NCBI RefSeq assembly: GCF_009914755.1
Contig: NC_060947.1
Origin: the human T2T-CHM13v2.0 reference genome, Homo sapiens
Strand: one strand, 5' to 3'
Length of the DNA stretch: 64,000 nt
Shown here: positions 19,085 to 35,400 of the stretch, piece by piece
Position numbering within the stretch: position 1 is the stretch's first letter
How the letters are laid out: each line of letters opens with the position of its first letter
Made by a program: the position numbers and the translations under genes
Notes under the pieces: generated by a model
The model's input: only the letters and a program-made list of their open reading frames with translations
The model's database searches: none
Told to the model about the DNA's origin: nothing

Positions 19085-19352
19085 TTTATTTATTTGTTTA
19101 TTTTTATTTATATAAATTAATGGGGTACACGTGAAATTTTCTTACATGTATATAATTCATAGTGATAAAATCGGGGTATTTAGGGTGTCCATCACTCAAG
19201 TACTATACATTTTTCTTAACTATAGTCAACCTACTCTGCTATCAAACATTGAATTTATTCCTTCTATCTAACTGTATGTTTGTATACTTTAACCCACTAC
19301 GCTTCACCTTCCCCCTTGCTCTCCATTCACCCTTCCTAGTCTCTGTCATCTA
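19085..19352 (-). mobile_element. L1PB/L1MA 3' end
   Basis: T-rich tail, then ggggtacacgtg...ctatagtcaacctactctgctatcaaac. Confidence 0.75.
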
Positions 19353-19659
19353 TGAAGATATATTTAAATGTAAAACTGAATACTGATGAACATTTAAGAT
19401 GGATATTTTTCTGGTAAATTTCTTAATATTAGTCATTCATATAACTACTATTTGTTTGTGTTTGTATGTGTATTTATAAGAACTATTCTATAATCTTATG
19501 TTGCCAGACTTTGTTAGGTAAGAATAGGGCACTACTTGTACAGACTAATTGATAAGGCCCCAGAATGCTGGATGAACTATTTCAGAGAAAGAGAAATTAT
19601 CCCTAAAATAAGAACTTGTGTCTTTGTAATAGAATTGAGGATTACCTAGGCAACTGGCT

Positions 19660-19870
19660 TAACAGTAGTGACTAAGAAGATAGAATTCTGGAAGCAAAAC
19701 TGGGCTTTTCTCCTTACTGCTATGTAACCTTGGCTAAGTTAATTAATATTTCCAAATCTAAAAGCATATTCTATAAAATGGATATAATAAAAACTTTGTA
19801 AGCTTTCTGAGAAAATTATATGTGTTTGTATATTTTAAAAGCCTGGTACAGAATAGAAAGCCCATAGATG
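19660..19870 (+). mobile_element. MIR SINE
   Basis: tgctatgtaaccttggctaagttaattaat...tctataaaatggatataataa core. Confidence 0.6.
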
Positions 19871-20389
19871 ATAAGAACGTAAGTCATTCTAATACACTAA
19901 TAGATAAAGGATATTTGGATTGTCAATCATTCTCTATTTGTACAGGCAAATGTGTACATATTGTAACATAATGAAGCAATTCATTTTTTAGAATCCTATT
20001 AAATTATGTCATTAAATACAATAGAATAATAATAATTAGTACTTCACCTCATTGCCTTAATACATTTTAAATGTATTGTTTAATATCCTGAATATTGAGA
20101 GAGAGAAACAGAAATTATTTGGAAGCACAATTATATTCCTGCATTACATGAAAGAACTCCAGAGATTTATCTATACAAAACAGATAAAAACTATATACTA
20201 GTATTTCAGAAACATTAAAAACACATTAAAACTTTTTAAATTAGTTCAAGTATTTTTAGTTTAGTTTTTCCATATTAAAATTATATAGAAGAGGTCACAG
20301 GACATGTTTCCATTTAACTGTGTCTTCTTCAATGTCTTTCTTTTTTAAAAAGCAGTAAGTAAAATTTTATTGTACTAATTTATTTATTT

Positions 20390-22596
<2,207 letters not shown>

Positions 22597-22597
22597 C

Positions 22598-23420
22598 TCT
22601 TCTTCAATTTCTTTCTTCAGTATTTTATAGATTTCAGTGAATACATCTTTTAGTTTCTTATTTAAATTTATTCCTAAGTATTTTATTCTTCTTGATGCTA
22701 TCATAAATGGGGTTGCCATTATAACCTAGCAATCCTTCTGCCCTATTAAAAACGTCTACCATATGATCCAGCAACCCACTACTGAGTAAATATCCAAAGA
22801 AAATTAAATCACTATGTTGAAGAGAGGTATGTACCCCCATGCTCATTGTAGCACTATTCACACTAACAAAGGTATGGAATCAACCTATATTTTCATCTAT
22901 GGCTAAATGAATAAGGAAAATGTGGTATATACACAATGGAATGCTAGTCAGCCTTAAAAGAAAAGAAAATTCTGTCATTTGTGATGACATTGGTAAACCT
23001 GGAAGCCATTAAATTAAGTGGAATAAACCAGACACAGAAAGACACATACCACATCATGTCATTTACATGTGGAATCTAAAAAATGGGAAATAATAAACAC
23101 AGAGAGTTTAATGATGGTTACTAGGGGTAGGTCAGGGGGAAGAAATTGGGAGATGTGGGTCAAAGGGTAGAAATTTGCAGTTGTGGGATGAATAAGTCTA
23201 GAGATAGAATGTACAGCAAGAGGACTATAGTTAATAATATTGTATTGCATATAATAAAATGGACAAACAAAGAGAAGAAACAAAAAACTATCAATATCAG
23301 GAATAAAACAAGATATATTACTAAAGTCTCTGCAGGCATCTAAAAGATAATAAGGGAATATATGAATGACTGTACACACATAATTTTGATAACTCACATG
23401 AAATTGACTAATTCCTTATT
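22598..23420. mobile_element. Mosaic of L1M fragments (minus ORF2 piece, plus L1MA 3' end, plus ORF2 piece)
   Basis: ccatatgatccagcaacccactactgag...gactatagttaataatattgtattg, then atcaatatcaggaataaaacaag. Confidence 0.7.
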
Positions 23421-23687
23421 ATGGATTTGTTTCCTGGAGATCATTTGATCTTGTAGGATGGTGAGGACATATCTTAGGAGGATATCTGCATAAAAATTGA
23501 TATTAACGTGAGTGCTAATCCTCATTTCCTTAAATCAGCTTACTAAAAACTATTTCCGATATCTACATCCTCTGTTATTTTCTTTTCAAGTGACTTTACA
23601 GTCATTTAAGAAAGCTATATATAGATGTAGATATAGATATTTAATTTTAAATAAAAATACACATGTTTAAGATATCATAGCCTTAAA

Positions 23688-23756
23688 TGGAAAGAAAGAA
23701 GAAAGAAAAAGAAAAAAAGGAAGAAAGGAAGGAAGGAAAGAAGGAAGAAAGGAAGG
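23688..23756. repeat. (GAAA)n/(GAAG)n simple repeat
   Basis: Pure purine tract ggaaagaaagaagaaagaaaaag...gaaggaaggaaag. Confidence 0.9.
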
Positions 23757-25899
23757 CACAACAACTTAGTAATAATGTATACTTGAACAATAAAATGCAA
23801 CATATAGACTCAGAAAGCAGAGAAAGGCACTCTACAAAGAATAATAGGCTCACCTGACTGGCATTATTTAGCAGTCTTCTGTGATTTGCATTGTCAGCAG
23901 ACTCTATGGTACCATGGCAAAAACAGACCTCTATATTATTCCTTTATTTATTTATCTGATTGGTTGGTTGGTATAAAAAGCTCATACTCAATTTTTTATT
24001 TTCACTTTTATATTGTCTTTCTGATCTTGCCCAGATTGGTATCTGAGTCTTCTTTTCCATTTTGACAAAATGTTAACACCATCTATTTTCAACAAATACC
24101 ACAAATCTAAGATTTCTCTGAAAACACTTAATAAAACTGTCACTATTCCGATTCCTCTATTTTAATTTTCCTTTCCTTTTCTTACATTCTCATCTTCCTA
24201 AATAATATTTGCCTTATTTACAAACTATACCAGTGGTACTGATTTTTATTGATAATTTAACATTGTTGCCTGTTGTTTTTTATACCTTCTAAGAAGTCAT
24301 CTATAAATCATTTACTAAGGAAGACTATAGCTTACAATAAAATAATCAAATATTTCCATCATTTAAAGTCCCATTTTCCTACTTTCTTTTTAGAGGACCG
24401 TCATTTGTTCTTCTTTGCTTGATATAATAAAAAAAGAACAGTCAGATATATTTTCAAGTGGAGGATAAGTCATCCACCTATCAGAGACTTCTTCAGAGAA
24501 TAGCAATTGTGTCTCTGCCTCAATGCCCATGCCAAAGCTTGTGGCCAATGTAGCAGTGTCATTTTCCTTTCCCCTTTTCATATCATCCTTTTATAAAGGC
24601 TGTGGAAAAGTGAAAGTGCAAAAAGTTAGATCTCTTGGCATACAATGTGCTACTGTTTCAGATAGTTGCTCCCTTAATTGGCCTTTAAATTCTAAATTCT
24701 GCAGTGGGCAAGTCACTGAGATTCTACAGTGACAGTATTGGCCAGCCAGCGAATATAGTTATAAGAGGGTCCAGTGCCTGCCTTTGTGACATGCAGTGTT
24801 GAAGGCTTTCAAACTGGAGCTCTGCCTCTCCATCTATACCCACATGAATACACTAAAAACTTAGACAGTAAATCTTGTCAAGTTTCATAGAGGCACATAT
24901 CTCAGGTATTGAGTTTTAGATGTCAGGTTTCCCAAGTAAATAGTTAAAGTGTTTTGAAGCTGTGAATTTCAGTCTTAGTCATAAATATGTGTTATTTCAT
25001 TAGAATACTGGCAGAAATCCCAGGTATAAATGAGCAAATGAAAGCCATAAGCATTAAAAAACATTTAGTAGGAAGAAATATCTATATGTTTATGCTGAAA
25101 CTGAGGGAGTTCTCTTAATCATTGTATAGATAGTTAAATAATGTTGATAGCTTTTGAAATTTCTTCTTACTTAGGTAACTGATAATGGTAAGAAGAAAAT
25201 ACCTCAAACAAGGACAAATGAGAACTATTTCTTACACGTTTACTTTTCACTTCTATTACTTAGAAAATGGAGGGCATACTGGGATTCAGGCTGAGTTATT
25301 TACTACCTCAACTCACTGGACAATTGCCATTCTTTCACTATAGTTTTAGTTATAAGAGCCTAGAATAATACAGAATGAAATATATCTTGACAATTCTCCA
25401 CTGAAAATGGGCTTGTATTTATATTCAACTGCTTTGATTTGAAGTCCCTTGTAGAGCTCCTATCCCTTTAAAAGTACAGTTACCACCAATCTAGGTATTA
25501 CTTTAAAAATTCATCCTTTCATCTTTCCTGCCCTGAATGTATTGATGTTTGACTACAAACTTCATTGTGTTTTGAGTCTCTCCATCTGACCCCTAAACGT
25601 GAAGAAGGTGCACAGAAGAACACAAAAAAACAAACAGGAAAAATCAAAATTCTAGAGAAACACAATATGAAATGATTCTATGTTTCAATGTGTACAACAA
25701 TAAATAATTTATTCAAACTGCACTACTATCTTGGGCATCTGTGCCTTTTTTCAGTTTTATAATATGGTGTGTGCCCTTAAACATAATCTTCTGACTCACA
25801 GTAAATATATTCTTTATTTATATATTCATTCATTTATTTTTTAATCTTCTAGCATACTTGTCTTGGATAACCAATACACTCTATCTTATTTTCATGGAA

Positions 25900-26327
25900 G
25901 CAGTGCCTGATCAAAAAGTGTTCTAATGATCTAAGTAGGTCAATCCAGTACCTTTTCTGGATTGATAGGGAGATGACAAAAAAAATAGGAAGAAATGACT
26001 CTTACCTCTGGAATTGCTAAGCACAGAGGATGAGAATTTGTAACTGTTAAGAAGCATATTTTATCTCATAGAAGAGACCTATCTGAAGAATGAAGTTAAA
26101 TGAAATTAGCAAAGAGGAATGGTAGATGGAGTCTGGGAAAGCTCTGGCATATACTGGTTTCTACTGTCTGACTTTGGGCCCTGGGTACTGCAACTCTTCA
26201 ATTTTATAACCTTCTTCAGTTAAGCTTTAGGAGTAGCCTAGTTCCATTTTGGTTTTTTGCTTGTTTGTTTGTTTGTTTAAATTATTTTGAGTTGATATCC
26301 ATCACTTACAACTGAAAAACTTCTGTT
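25900..26327 (+). mobile_element. Old MLT1J/K-like LTR
   Basis: acctatctgaagaatgaag and the terminal tttgagttgatatccatcacttacaactgaaa. Confidence 0.5.
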
Positions 26328-26554
26328 TTACTTTAGGATCTCCAATTTCCTTTTGAAAATTGATTTCTAGAAGTATCATTGTTTGCTCAAAGAATGAGTT
26401 TTAAGACTTGGTGCATATTGCCAAGTTCTATTCCATGATATAATTTACACTCCATTAATAATGAATGAGAGTTTGCCACAGATAGGTTTCTGAAATTCTC
26501 CAAATGATGACATATATCTGGGTTTGAGACTGCTTATAATCTAAGTCATTATTT

Positions 26555-26900
26555 TATTTATTTCTCCAATATTTATTGAGCACCTACAGTGTGCCAGGGA
26601 TTTTCTGTGATCTAGAATATAAAGATCAGGATGTTACTTGACCTGTCTTAAATGAAGTCATACTCAGTGTGAGAAGCACATGGCTTCCCATCTAAATATA
26701 TCAGGATGTGATCAATGACATGGTGACTTTATGGATAAAGGATCCTAGAAGTACGGGAGAGGAAGCAATGATCTGAGATCAGTAGAAATGGTTTCATAAA
26801 GCAGATTAAAATTCACTTTAAACAGAATATTTGACCACGATACAAGTGGAAAGGGTAGAAGAAACTGCAGGAGAAAAAAAGATGCATAAAAGGGAGTAGC
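26555..26900 (-). mobile_element. L2 3' end
   Basis: aatatttattgagcacctacagtgtgccaggg hallmark. Confidence 0.7.
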
Positions 26901-27544
26901 TCATTATAGATGAATAATGTAGTGTTTAAAGAATAATGTAAAAAGCATCTGAAATATCTGTGAATTCGACTACTCTAGGGATCTCATATAAGTGGAATTG
27001 TATAGTATTTGTCCTTTTGTGTCTGGCTTACTTCATTTAGCATATTGTTTTCTAGTGTTCAGTTGGTATGGAGTTAAGGGATATGATTCATGATCATCAG
27101 GAGAACTCAAGTGAAGAAAGATTGGGTCTGTGCACTGTTATTCAAAATGAACAATATTTGCATCTAAGGGAAGAGTATGGGAAGACCACACTGGGAAGTT
27201 AGTGTAGTTATTAAAGCTCTCCTTGGCACATCAAATGCTGGGCATGTGCAGCTGACCTGCAATGAGAAAACCTGGCCATCATGGATTTTATGTATACCCT
27301 AGTCTAGAAAAGGATGGAGCTGGATATATAGATGAGATCCATCAATGCATCAATTCCAGGCAAATACTGGCCAAAAAAAAGGGCAAAAACTAAACATATG
27401 CTTAATTTATTGCATAGTCCTGAATGTAGGACAGAGGGTCTCAGATTATGGGAAAATTTCTACAGGACGGGATCATCGAAGACTCCCTTTGGTTGAGATC
27501 TTCTACAGTCAGTGCATCTCAGAGAGAGGGATGGAAATCAGAAA

Positions 27545-28727
27545 AGCCAAAACCATCAAACTGTTAGAAGAAAATGTAGCAGAAATGCTTCATGACACCG
27601 TTTGGCAATGACTTATTGGACATGACACCAAAAGCATAGACCACAAAAGGAAACATAGGTAAATGAGACTTCATTAAAATTTAAAACTTTTTTGCATCAA
27701 AGGACACAATGGACAGTGAAAAGGCAAACCACTGAATGAGAGAAAACATTTGCAAATCATATATCAGATAAGGGATTTATATCCAAAATACATTAAAGGA
27801 AAACTCCCGCAACTCAAAAACATAAAAAGAAGCAGTCCAGTTAAAAAATGGGCAAAGGATTTGAATAGGCTTCTCCAAAGAAGATATGAAGATGGCCAAT
27901 AAGTACAGGAAAACATGTTCAACATCACTAATTATTAGGAAATGCAAATCAAAATCACAATAAGATGCCACTTCACATCCATAAGGATGGCTATTATTAA
28001 AAGCAAAACCAAAAAAAAAAAAAAAAAAAAGCAAAAGAAAATTGTTGGTGAGGATGTGAAGGAATTGGAACTTTTGTGTATCCCTGGTGGGAACGTAAAG
28101 TGGTATAACCCTTGTGGAAAACAGTATGATTGATCTCAGAAAACTAGACATAGAATTACTATGTGATCCCATAATTCCTCTTCTGGGTATATACTGAAAA
28201 CATAAATAAAAAGCAGGAACTTGAACACATATTTGTACACTTAAGTTCATAGCAGCATTATTCACAATAGCCAAAAGGTAGGAAAACCCAAATGCCTTTC
28301 AGAAGATGAATAGATACACAGAATGCACTATATACATAAAATAGAATATTATTCCGTTTTAAAAAGGATAGAAATTAGGACATATGCTACAATGTAGATG
28401 AACTTCAAAAACAGTATACTAAATGAAATAAGCCAAACACGAAAGGACAAATACTATACAATTCCACTTACATGCGGTCCTTAGAGTAGTCAAATTCACA
28501 GAGACAGAAAATAAAATGATGATTACCAGGAGACAGCAGTAGGGAATAATGGGGAGTTATTGTTTAATAGGTACAGAGATTCAGTTTGGGATGATGAAAG
28601 AGCTCTGGATGTAGATGGGGGTGATGATTGCACAGCAGTATGAATGCTCTTAATGCCACTCAAATGGACACCTAAAAATGGTTAAAATGACAAATTTTAT
28701 GTTGTATATATGTTACCACATCAAAAA
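27545..28727 (+). mobile_element. L1MB-like 3' portion
   Basis: ORF2 end (MQIKITIRCHFTSIRMAIIK) and L1MB 3'UTR (ttcagtttgggatgatgaaagagctctgga...aaaatggttaaaatg). Confidence 0.85.
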
Positions 28728-29897
28728 GCTAAATATTTCAGATGTTTCACAAGCTGGAAAAAATATATATCATGTTTAAAATTTATATTGTTAATTTTGG
28801 GCCATCAACATGATCAATATCCTTGGTAATCCTTATTATATATAATATAACAGATCACCCGAAAGAATACAGAAATAAGACTGGTCCTTTTTTCTGTAAC
28901 ATGAACTTTCTCCACAATGTGCCCTGTTATCCAAATGATTACTCCAACGATTACTCCTGACCACTTGTTTCTTCAAGACAGACCAAGTTACACCAAGATA
29001 CATAACCACAGCCACCCTCACATTCCCCTCCCTAGTCCTTGGCCTTTCTCCCAACAAGTTGATTCAAGATAGTGTCAGCTCTGTCTGCTTCCTTCAATGA
29101 CCTTCCAGTTTATTTATGGCCATTATGTCCCTTTCCCCACTTAATATTACCTTTTTCCCCTGACGCAAAGTGAAAACTAGGTTTTCCTCTGGAAAAATTC
29201 CTGGAGACCCTGGTTTTATAAGTTTGATGGTCCTTAGAATAACCTTTCATTTAGAAAAAAAAAAGACTTCATAAACCAGCTACACATTTTGCACCATACA
29301 TATTTGGGGAGAATCATTTTCTTTCATTTTATTTTTTTTCCTGTTTTCTCTAATAAAACATAATTATATGGAACATGACTGTATCACATCCAGGAATGTT
29401 TCCTCTCTCCCCTCATTGGTGCTGACTTCTTGTCAGAGTTCAGGGAAATCTACACACTAAGTTGCCCCACAGAAAATAAACTCTCTCTTTTTGGTGGTTC
29501 TTTGGGTGTTCTGACATTTAAAAATAAAGGTAGAAACTTGGTCCAGTAGTCAGGACCTCCATAAAGAAGCATATAGCTGATGTTTACTCAAATGATAGTC
29601 TCACTGAAGAGGTTTTAAAGCAATTTGTAAGGAGCAAAATCTACCATTATTTTGTTTTCTTCTTTTGGTTCTTGTTAAACAAGAAATGACTCATGAGATA
29701 TTCATGATCATTGCACTCCTCTAAGAAAGGGATAGTCTGTTACCAATATTTACATAGCTGCACGAATAAGCAAAGGCAATTTATTTTTAAATGTACACTA
29801 TTCTAATAATAATTACTATCATCTATACTGTCCTATTACATGACTCTCAATTTAAGTGTTTTTGTGTATTCCCAGATAAAATTTTAAACTCTTCTGA

Positions 29898-30222
<325 letters not shown>

Positions 30223-30258
30223 TTCTGAGTTTTATTTTTATCCAAGATGCCTAGCAAA

Positions 30259-30395
30259 GGTGTGTGTGTATTTATAGATGTGTATCATATGTATCTTATG
30301 CATATACATCTTATACATCTTATGATATGTATCTTACATGTATACATATCTTATAAAATATATATACATATGCATATATCTCACACATATATAAT
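30259..30395. repeat. Degenerate (TA/CA)n low-complexity tract
   Basis: Repeated atacatcttat / atatgtatctta units. Confidence 0.75.
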
Positions 30396-33300
30396 TAACA
30401 TTTTCATACTTAATGTGATTCTCATTTTTAACATACAATTTTTTTTAGAAAGTGAAAACCAAAGAAAAATCATTTAGAATCTTAAAGAGACCTGTGATGG
30501 ACTTTTAAACATTAATGATGCTATGAATTCCTAAGCTCTGTGTAAACCAAACACATGATTAAAAATGCTTATTTCAAAGTTGTGAAAAATAATTGGCAGG
30601 ATCAAAAGAAAGGACTCTAGCTCACAGACGAGTCCTCATTCTCATGACAGTAGCGTAAAATAAAAGCACTAGAGCATAAGGTGATCTGATGTAACTATGA
30701 CAGTTTTCCCCAAGGCAGGATAGAAATTCCTCCCTTTACATATTTTGATATCCCAAATAGGGCTCACTTCCCCATAACTCAAGAATTCCTCATAATTCTT
30801 TCACACTGTGTTAGACACAGTCTCTTAAGCAGTTTTATGTGGCACTCTTGAATCTAGACAGGAATAATTTGCTTTGATATTGAAAGGTGAAGGGGCAAAC
30901 CCCAGAAAGCACCCTCATGAATTTCACAGGCAGGCCTCTTTAACTCAGTTGTTTGCTGGACTGGCCAACTCAAATAAGTGTGTGAGAAATAAAATCAGAG
31001 GTCCAGCAAGAGGCTAGAAGGCTGGCTTAATCCTGGCCCAACAGCAGTGTGGTTTAATTCAGTGGAAGTAATTCCACAAATAGAGACAAAATGACAGCAA
31101 CTTGTTTGGATCTAAGATTTGGCTTCAAGACATGCGCCAATAGGCTTGAGTTGGGATGAATCCCTTGAATTTCTGTGCCATATCCTGTGGAGAAGCTGAC
31201 TTGACATGCTGTCTTCGAATTCACACATTCTCAATATTTGCTTCTTTTCTGGCTTATTCTCAAATCAGCATCATATACAATGTAAATATCCTACTTCCTA
31301 TTGCATATCCTTCATGGGCCTCTTGATGACACCAATACTCAGGACACTGTGTTAGTTACACTCAGAGCATTAGAGATTATTGTCAATGCCTTCTGAAATG
31401 CCTACTCCTCATTGCCATTTTCCTCTCTTCCTCCTTCTCATTTCAATAAGCTTAATCTGTGCAAAGATGGTTGGCTTACTTAAGACCTAAAACTGCATTT
31501 CACAGTACATATTCTGGCTCTTTCAGTACTAAAAGTCAATTATCTTTGTCTTATTATTCCCTCTTTTGTTAGGGGTCAGTGGAATAGTTATAAGGAAACC
31601 AGGGAGAATCATAAACCTATTTTTTTTTACATTCCACATTTTCCTATATGGGTTACTAAATATATATTACTAATTACATCATTTTGTTCATGCAAACAAT
31701 CAAGCAGGAAAAAAAGGAAATATCAAGATGTTGTTATGCATCGCTAATTACAGATGAGAGAACATCATTAAGTTGAAAAGAATTTCACTGCAGGAAAATG
31801 GCAAAGAAAAAGAAACAAAGTCGCCTAATATTGTTATTATTCAACAGAGACAGAAAATAAAGAAAATGGAGTTTGAACGTTTCTTCAAAGGTATTGTAGA
31901 GATAATTTGATGGATATCTACAATCCAATTTGCTGCTGCTTCTTTGGTTTTTTACAATCATAAGTTCAAACTGCACCATAAGTACATTTTCAAAACAGAG
32001 TTCATATAATGACAAAATCTCCCCAGCATGAACAGAAAAAGGGGGGGCTTGAAAATTTCATAGTAATTGGTTGTTTACATGAAATTCTTTATTTCTGTCC
32101 CATCTTGGCTACCTTCTGCATAGTATCCTTTATTCCCTTATACTATCATAAACTTTACACCTAAGCCATCTAAACAGGCATACTTCCCCAGTATGATTTC
32201 AAAATTTGGTAATGCTGAATTAATCTTAGCCTGCATTATTGAATATATGTTCTTGTGCCTCAGAAACATATTTGTTCATTTTAGATGTTCCCAGGAATAA
32301 ATTATATTGATACATAATTCAGAATAATAATTTCAGGCCTCGTTGTGCTTTTTATACTGATTGAACTTGTCTGCTAAGTGAGAAGCTTTACACATTAATA
32401 GCCTCAGATCTACAAACTCAGTGAATTCATATTATTTATGAAAAAAACCATAGTGTGACTGGCACAATTGAAGAGAAAAAAAACTTGGGCCTATTGAAAA
32501 TAAATGCCATTTCAATGTGTCTATCTCTTAATCATTAAGGAATAAAGTGAGTCATCTTTATTTAAACTAACAGTTTTTAAGTGGGATAGTGGAAAAAATT
32601 TTCTTAGAAGTAATTTTTTTGCACATGTCATGATTTACTTGACTCATGTCTTATAATGTATAATGTAGGTAGTGTCTAAAATTTCTATTACTCCTCAGTA
32701 AATATGGAAATATAACTATGAATATTTATAAAAATGCTAGTATAATTTCTTTAGAGATCATTATGATGAACTGAGTTTTGTGGGAAAACAAGAAGAGAAA
32801 ACGAAAGCTAATGTGATGTTATTTTTTCTGCTAATGCACACAAATCTGCCCCTAATACAAGTCAGGGGGTTACTGAAAGATGCTGTTGTAGAGAGAAGTT
32901 GTTTATAATTTAAATGATATGATTTTAGCTCACAGAGGATAGGTAATTGAAATGTTTAGATCATTTAGACACATATTTTAGATATTCTTCTCTCCAAAAG
33001 AAAGATTGTACCATATCTGTAGAGTTCTAACTTTTGAATATAAATCTAATGGTTAAAAAAGGCACTTGAAATTGATTTTTTAGAATTGGCAATTCATTAA
33101 ATCATTTATTCCAAAAATATTTCTGAACACTCCTGTATGTGCTGTGGGGCTAGAATCATGATAAGATACTCAGAACCTGAGTTCTAAGAGAGGTTACAGC
33201 TCAACAGTTTGGAGTTCGCACTAGTTTTTACTCTTTCACGGCTGGTAGTCTTCCCAATCTCCTTGGGCTAACAGCTGCCTTCTAAGTAGTGGTGAGGTCT

Positions 33301-33559
33301 GTGGCTGTGGCAAAGAATTTTTTCTTCGGGAATACATTTCATTTGGAGTGAATCTGCCAACATTACCAGCATCTCTATCCCCAGTAGCAAATAATAGAGC
33401 AGACCAATCTAGACAACTTGGAGTCTAAATAACTCAAGTTGGGCTTTATTTTCTTCTTAATTTGGTTTGCACATCAAGAGGAGGTGCTAACATCCTAAGG
33501 AAAAAAAAATTGCACGTGCATCTTCCTTTTTCATTCTATCTCCTTTCATTCCAGCTAGG

Positions 33560-34372
33560 TGTGAAACCAGAAAATCCAAGACAGGTCTCAGTTCATTTAG
33601 AAAGCTAATTTTGCCAAGGTTGAGGACGTGCCCGTGACACAGCCTCAGGAAGTCCTGACGACATGAGCCCAAGGTGGTCAGGGCACAGTTTGGTTTTATA
33701 CATTTTAGGGAGACATGAGACATCAATCAATATATGTAAGAAGTACATTGGTTTGGTCTAGAAAGGCGGGACAACTTGAAGCAAAGGCAGGAAGAGTGGA
33801 AACAGGGAGGGAGCTTCCAGGTCACAGATAGGTGAGACACAAATGGTTACATTCCTTTAGGTTTCTGATTAGCCTTTCCTAATGAGACAAATCAGATACG
33901 CATCTATCTCAGTGAGCAGAGGGGTGATTTTGAATAGAACAGGAGGCAGGCTTGCCCAGGCAGTTTCCAGCTTGAGTTTATCTTAGTGATTTTGGGGACC
34001 CAAGATATTTTCCTTTCACATTTCCTCCCTTTTCTTTTTAAAAATCTTTTGGGGAAAGCATTTTACAAGAAGTTTAGTCTCTGGTCTCAGGTTTCATCTG
34101 ATCTCTCATGGCTAGGACAGTATATTCCTAGATGGGTAGGTCCCAAAAGCTCATTTTTAGCAGGTTGTGAAGCCTCATGTCCTGTGAAGATAAAGTAGGG
34201 AAGAGGAAGGGAGAAAACACAACAAACAAAAGAACAATCCTGGAAAAAGCAATATAGGCCACATTACTCTGAAGTCCATACATTAATAGGCAGGTATGAA
34301 AGTGGCTTATGTATGTAAATAAGTTGCTGTTATTTTCTTCTGAAGTTTAATTTGTCTGGCTTCAGTTCGCAG
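33560..34372 (-). mobile_element. MER4A-type 3' LTR (33560-34020) plus ~350 bp of adjacent internal sequence
   Basis: TGT...ACA termini; gcccgtgacacagcctcaggaagtcctgacgacatg MER4 motif; polypurine tract (minus aaaagaaaaagggaggaaa) abuts the LTR at 34021-34039. Confidence 0.85.
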
Positions 34373-34374
34373 GT

Positions 34375-34668
34375 TGGTTCCTTCCAAGCCTCTGGTATCT
34401 ATCATTTCATCTTCTACCTCCATGAAATCGACTTCTTTAGCTCCCACATATTAGTGAGAATATGCAATATTTGTCTTTCTGTGCCTGGTTTATTTCACTT
34501 AACATAATGATCTCCAATTCCAACCATGCTGGTGCCAATGACATATTTTATTGTTTTTTTAATGGCCAAATAGTATTCGATTTTGTACATGTACCACATT
34601 TTCTTTACCCATTCATCCACTGATAGACATTTAAGTTGATTCCATATCTTTGCTATTGTAAATAGTAT
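34375..34668 (-). mobile_element. L1MA fragment
   Basis: agcctctggta...agctcccacatattagtgagaatatgc reverse 3' region. Confidence 0.8.
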
Positions 34669-34774
34669 TTAACAAACTTACTGAGTACATATTAAATACG
34701 TAATTTTTGAAGCTATGTTATATTTGTTTTATTTATATTTTAATGTAAAGCTTATAGGAATTTTATGGAATGTA

Positions 34775-35400
34775 TTTTTTTTATTATACTTTAAGTTCTA
34801 GGGTACATGTGCACAACGTGCAGGTTTGTTACATATGTATACCTGTGCCATGTTGGTGTGCTGCACCCATTAACTCATCATTTACATTAGGTATATATCC
34901 TAATGCTATCCCTCCCCCCTCCCCCAACCCCACGACAGGCCCCGGTGTGTGATGTTCCCCTTCCTGTGTCCAAGTGTTTTCATGTTCAATTCCCACCTAT
35001 GAGTGAGAACATGTGGTGTTTGGTTTTTTGTCCTTGCAATAGTTTGCTGAGAATGATGGTTTCCAGCTTTATCCATGTCACTACAAAAGACATGAACTCA
35101 TCCTTTTTTATGGCTGCATAGTATTCCATAGTGTATATGTGCCACATTTTCTTAATCCAGTCTATCATTGATGGACGTTTGGGTTGGTTCCAAGTCTGCT
35201 ATTGTGAATAGTGCCACAATAAACATACGTGTGCATGTGTCTTTATAGCAGCATGATTTATAATCCTTATTACCCAGTAATAGGATGGCTGGGACAAATG
35301 GTATTTCTAGTTCTAGATCCTTGAGGAATCGCCACACTGTCTTCCACAATGGCTGAACTAGTTTACAGTCCCACGAAGATTGTAAAAGTATTCCCGTATT
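34775..35400 (-). mobile_element. L1PA4/5-like 3' end
   Basis: tttattatactttaagttctagggtacatgtgcacaacgtg; ORF2 C-terminus ...HMFSLIGGN. Confidence 0.88.
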
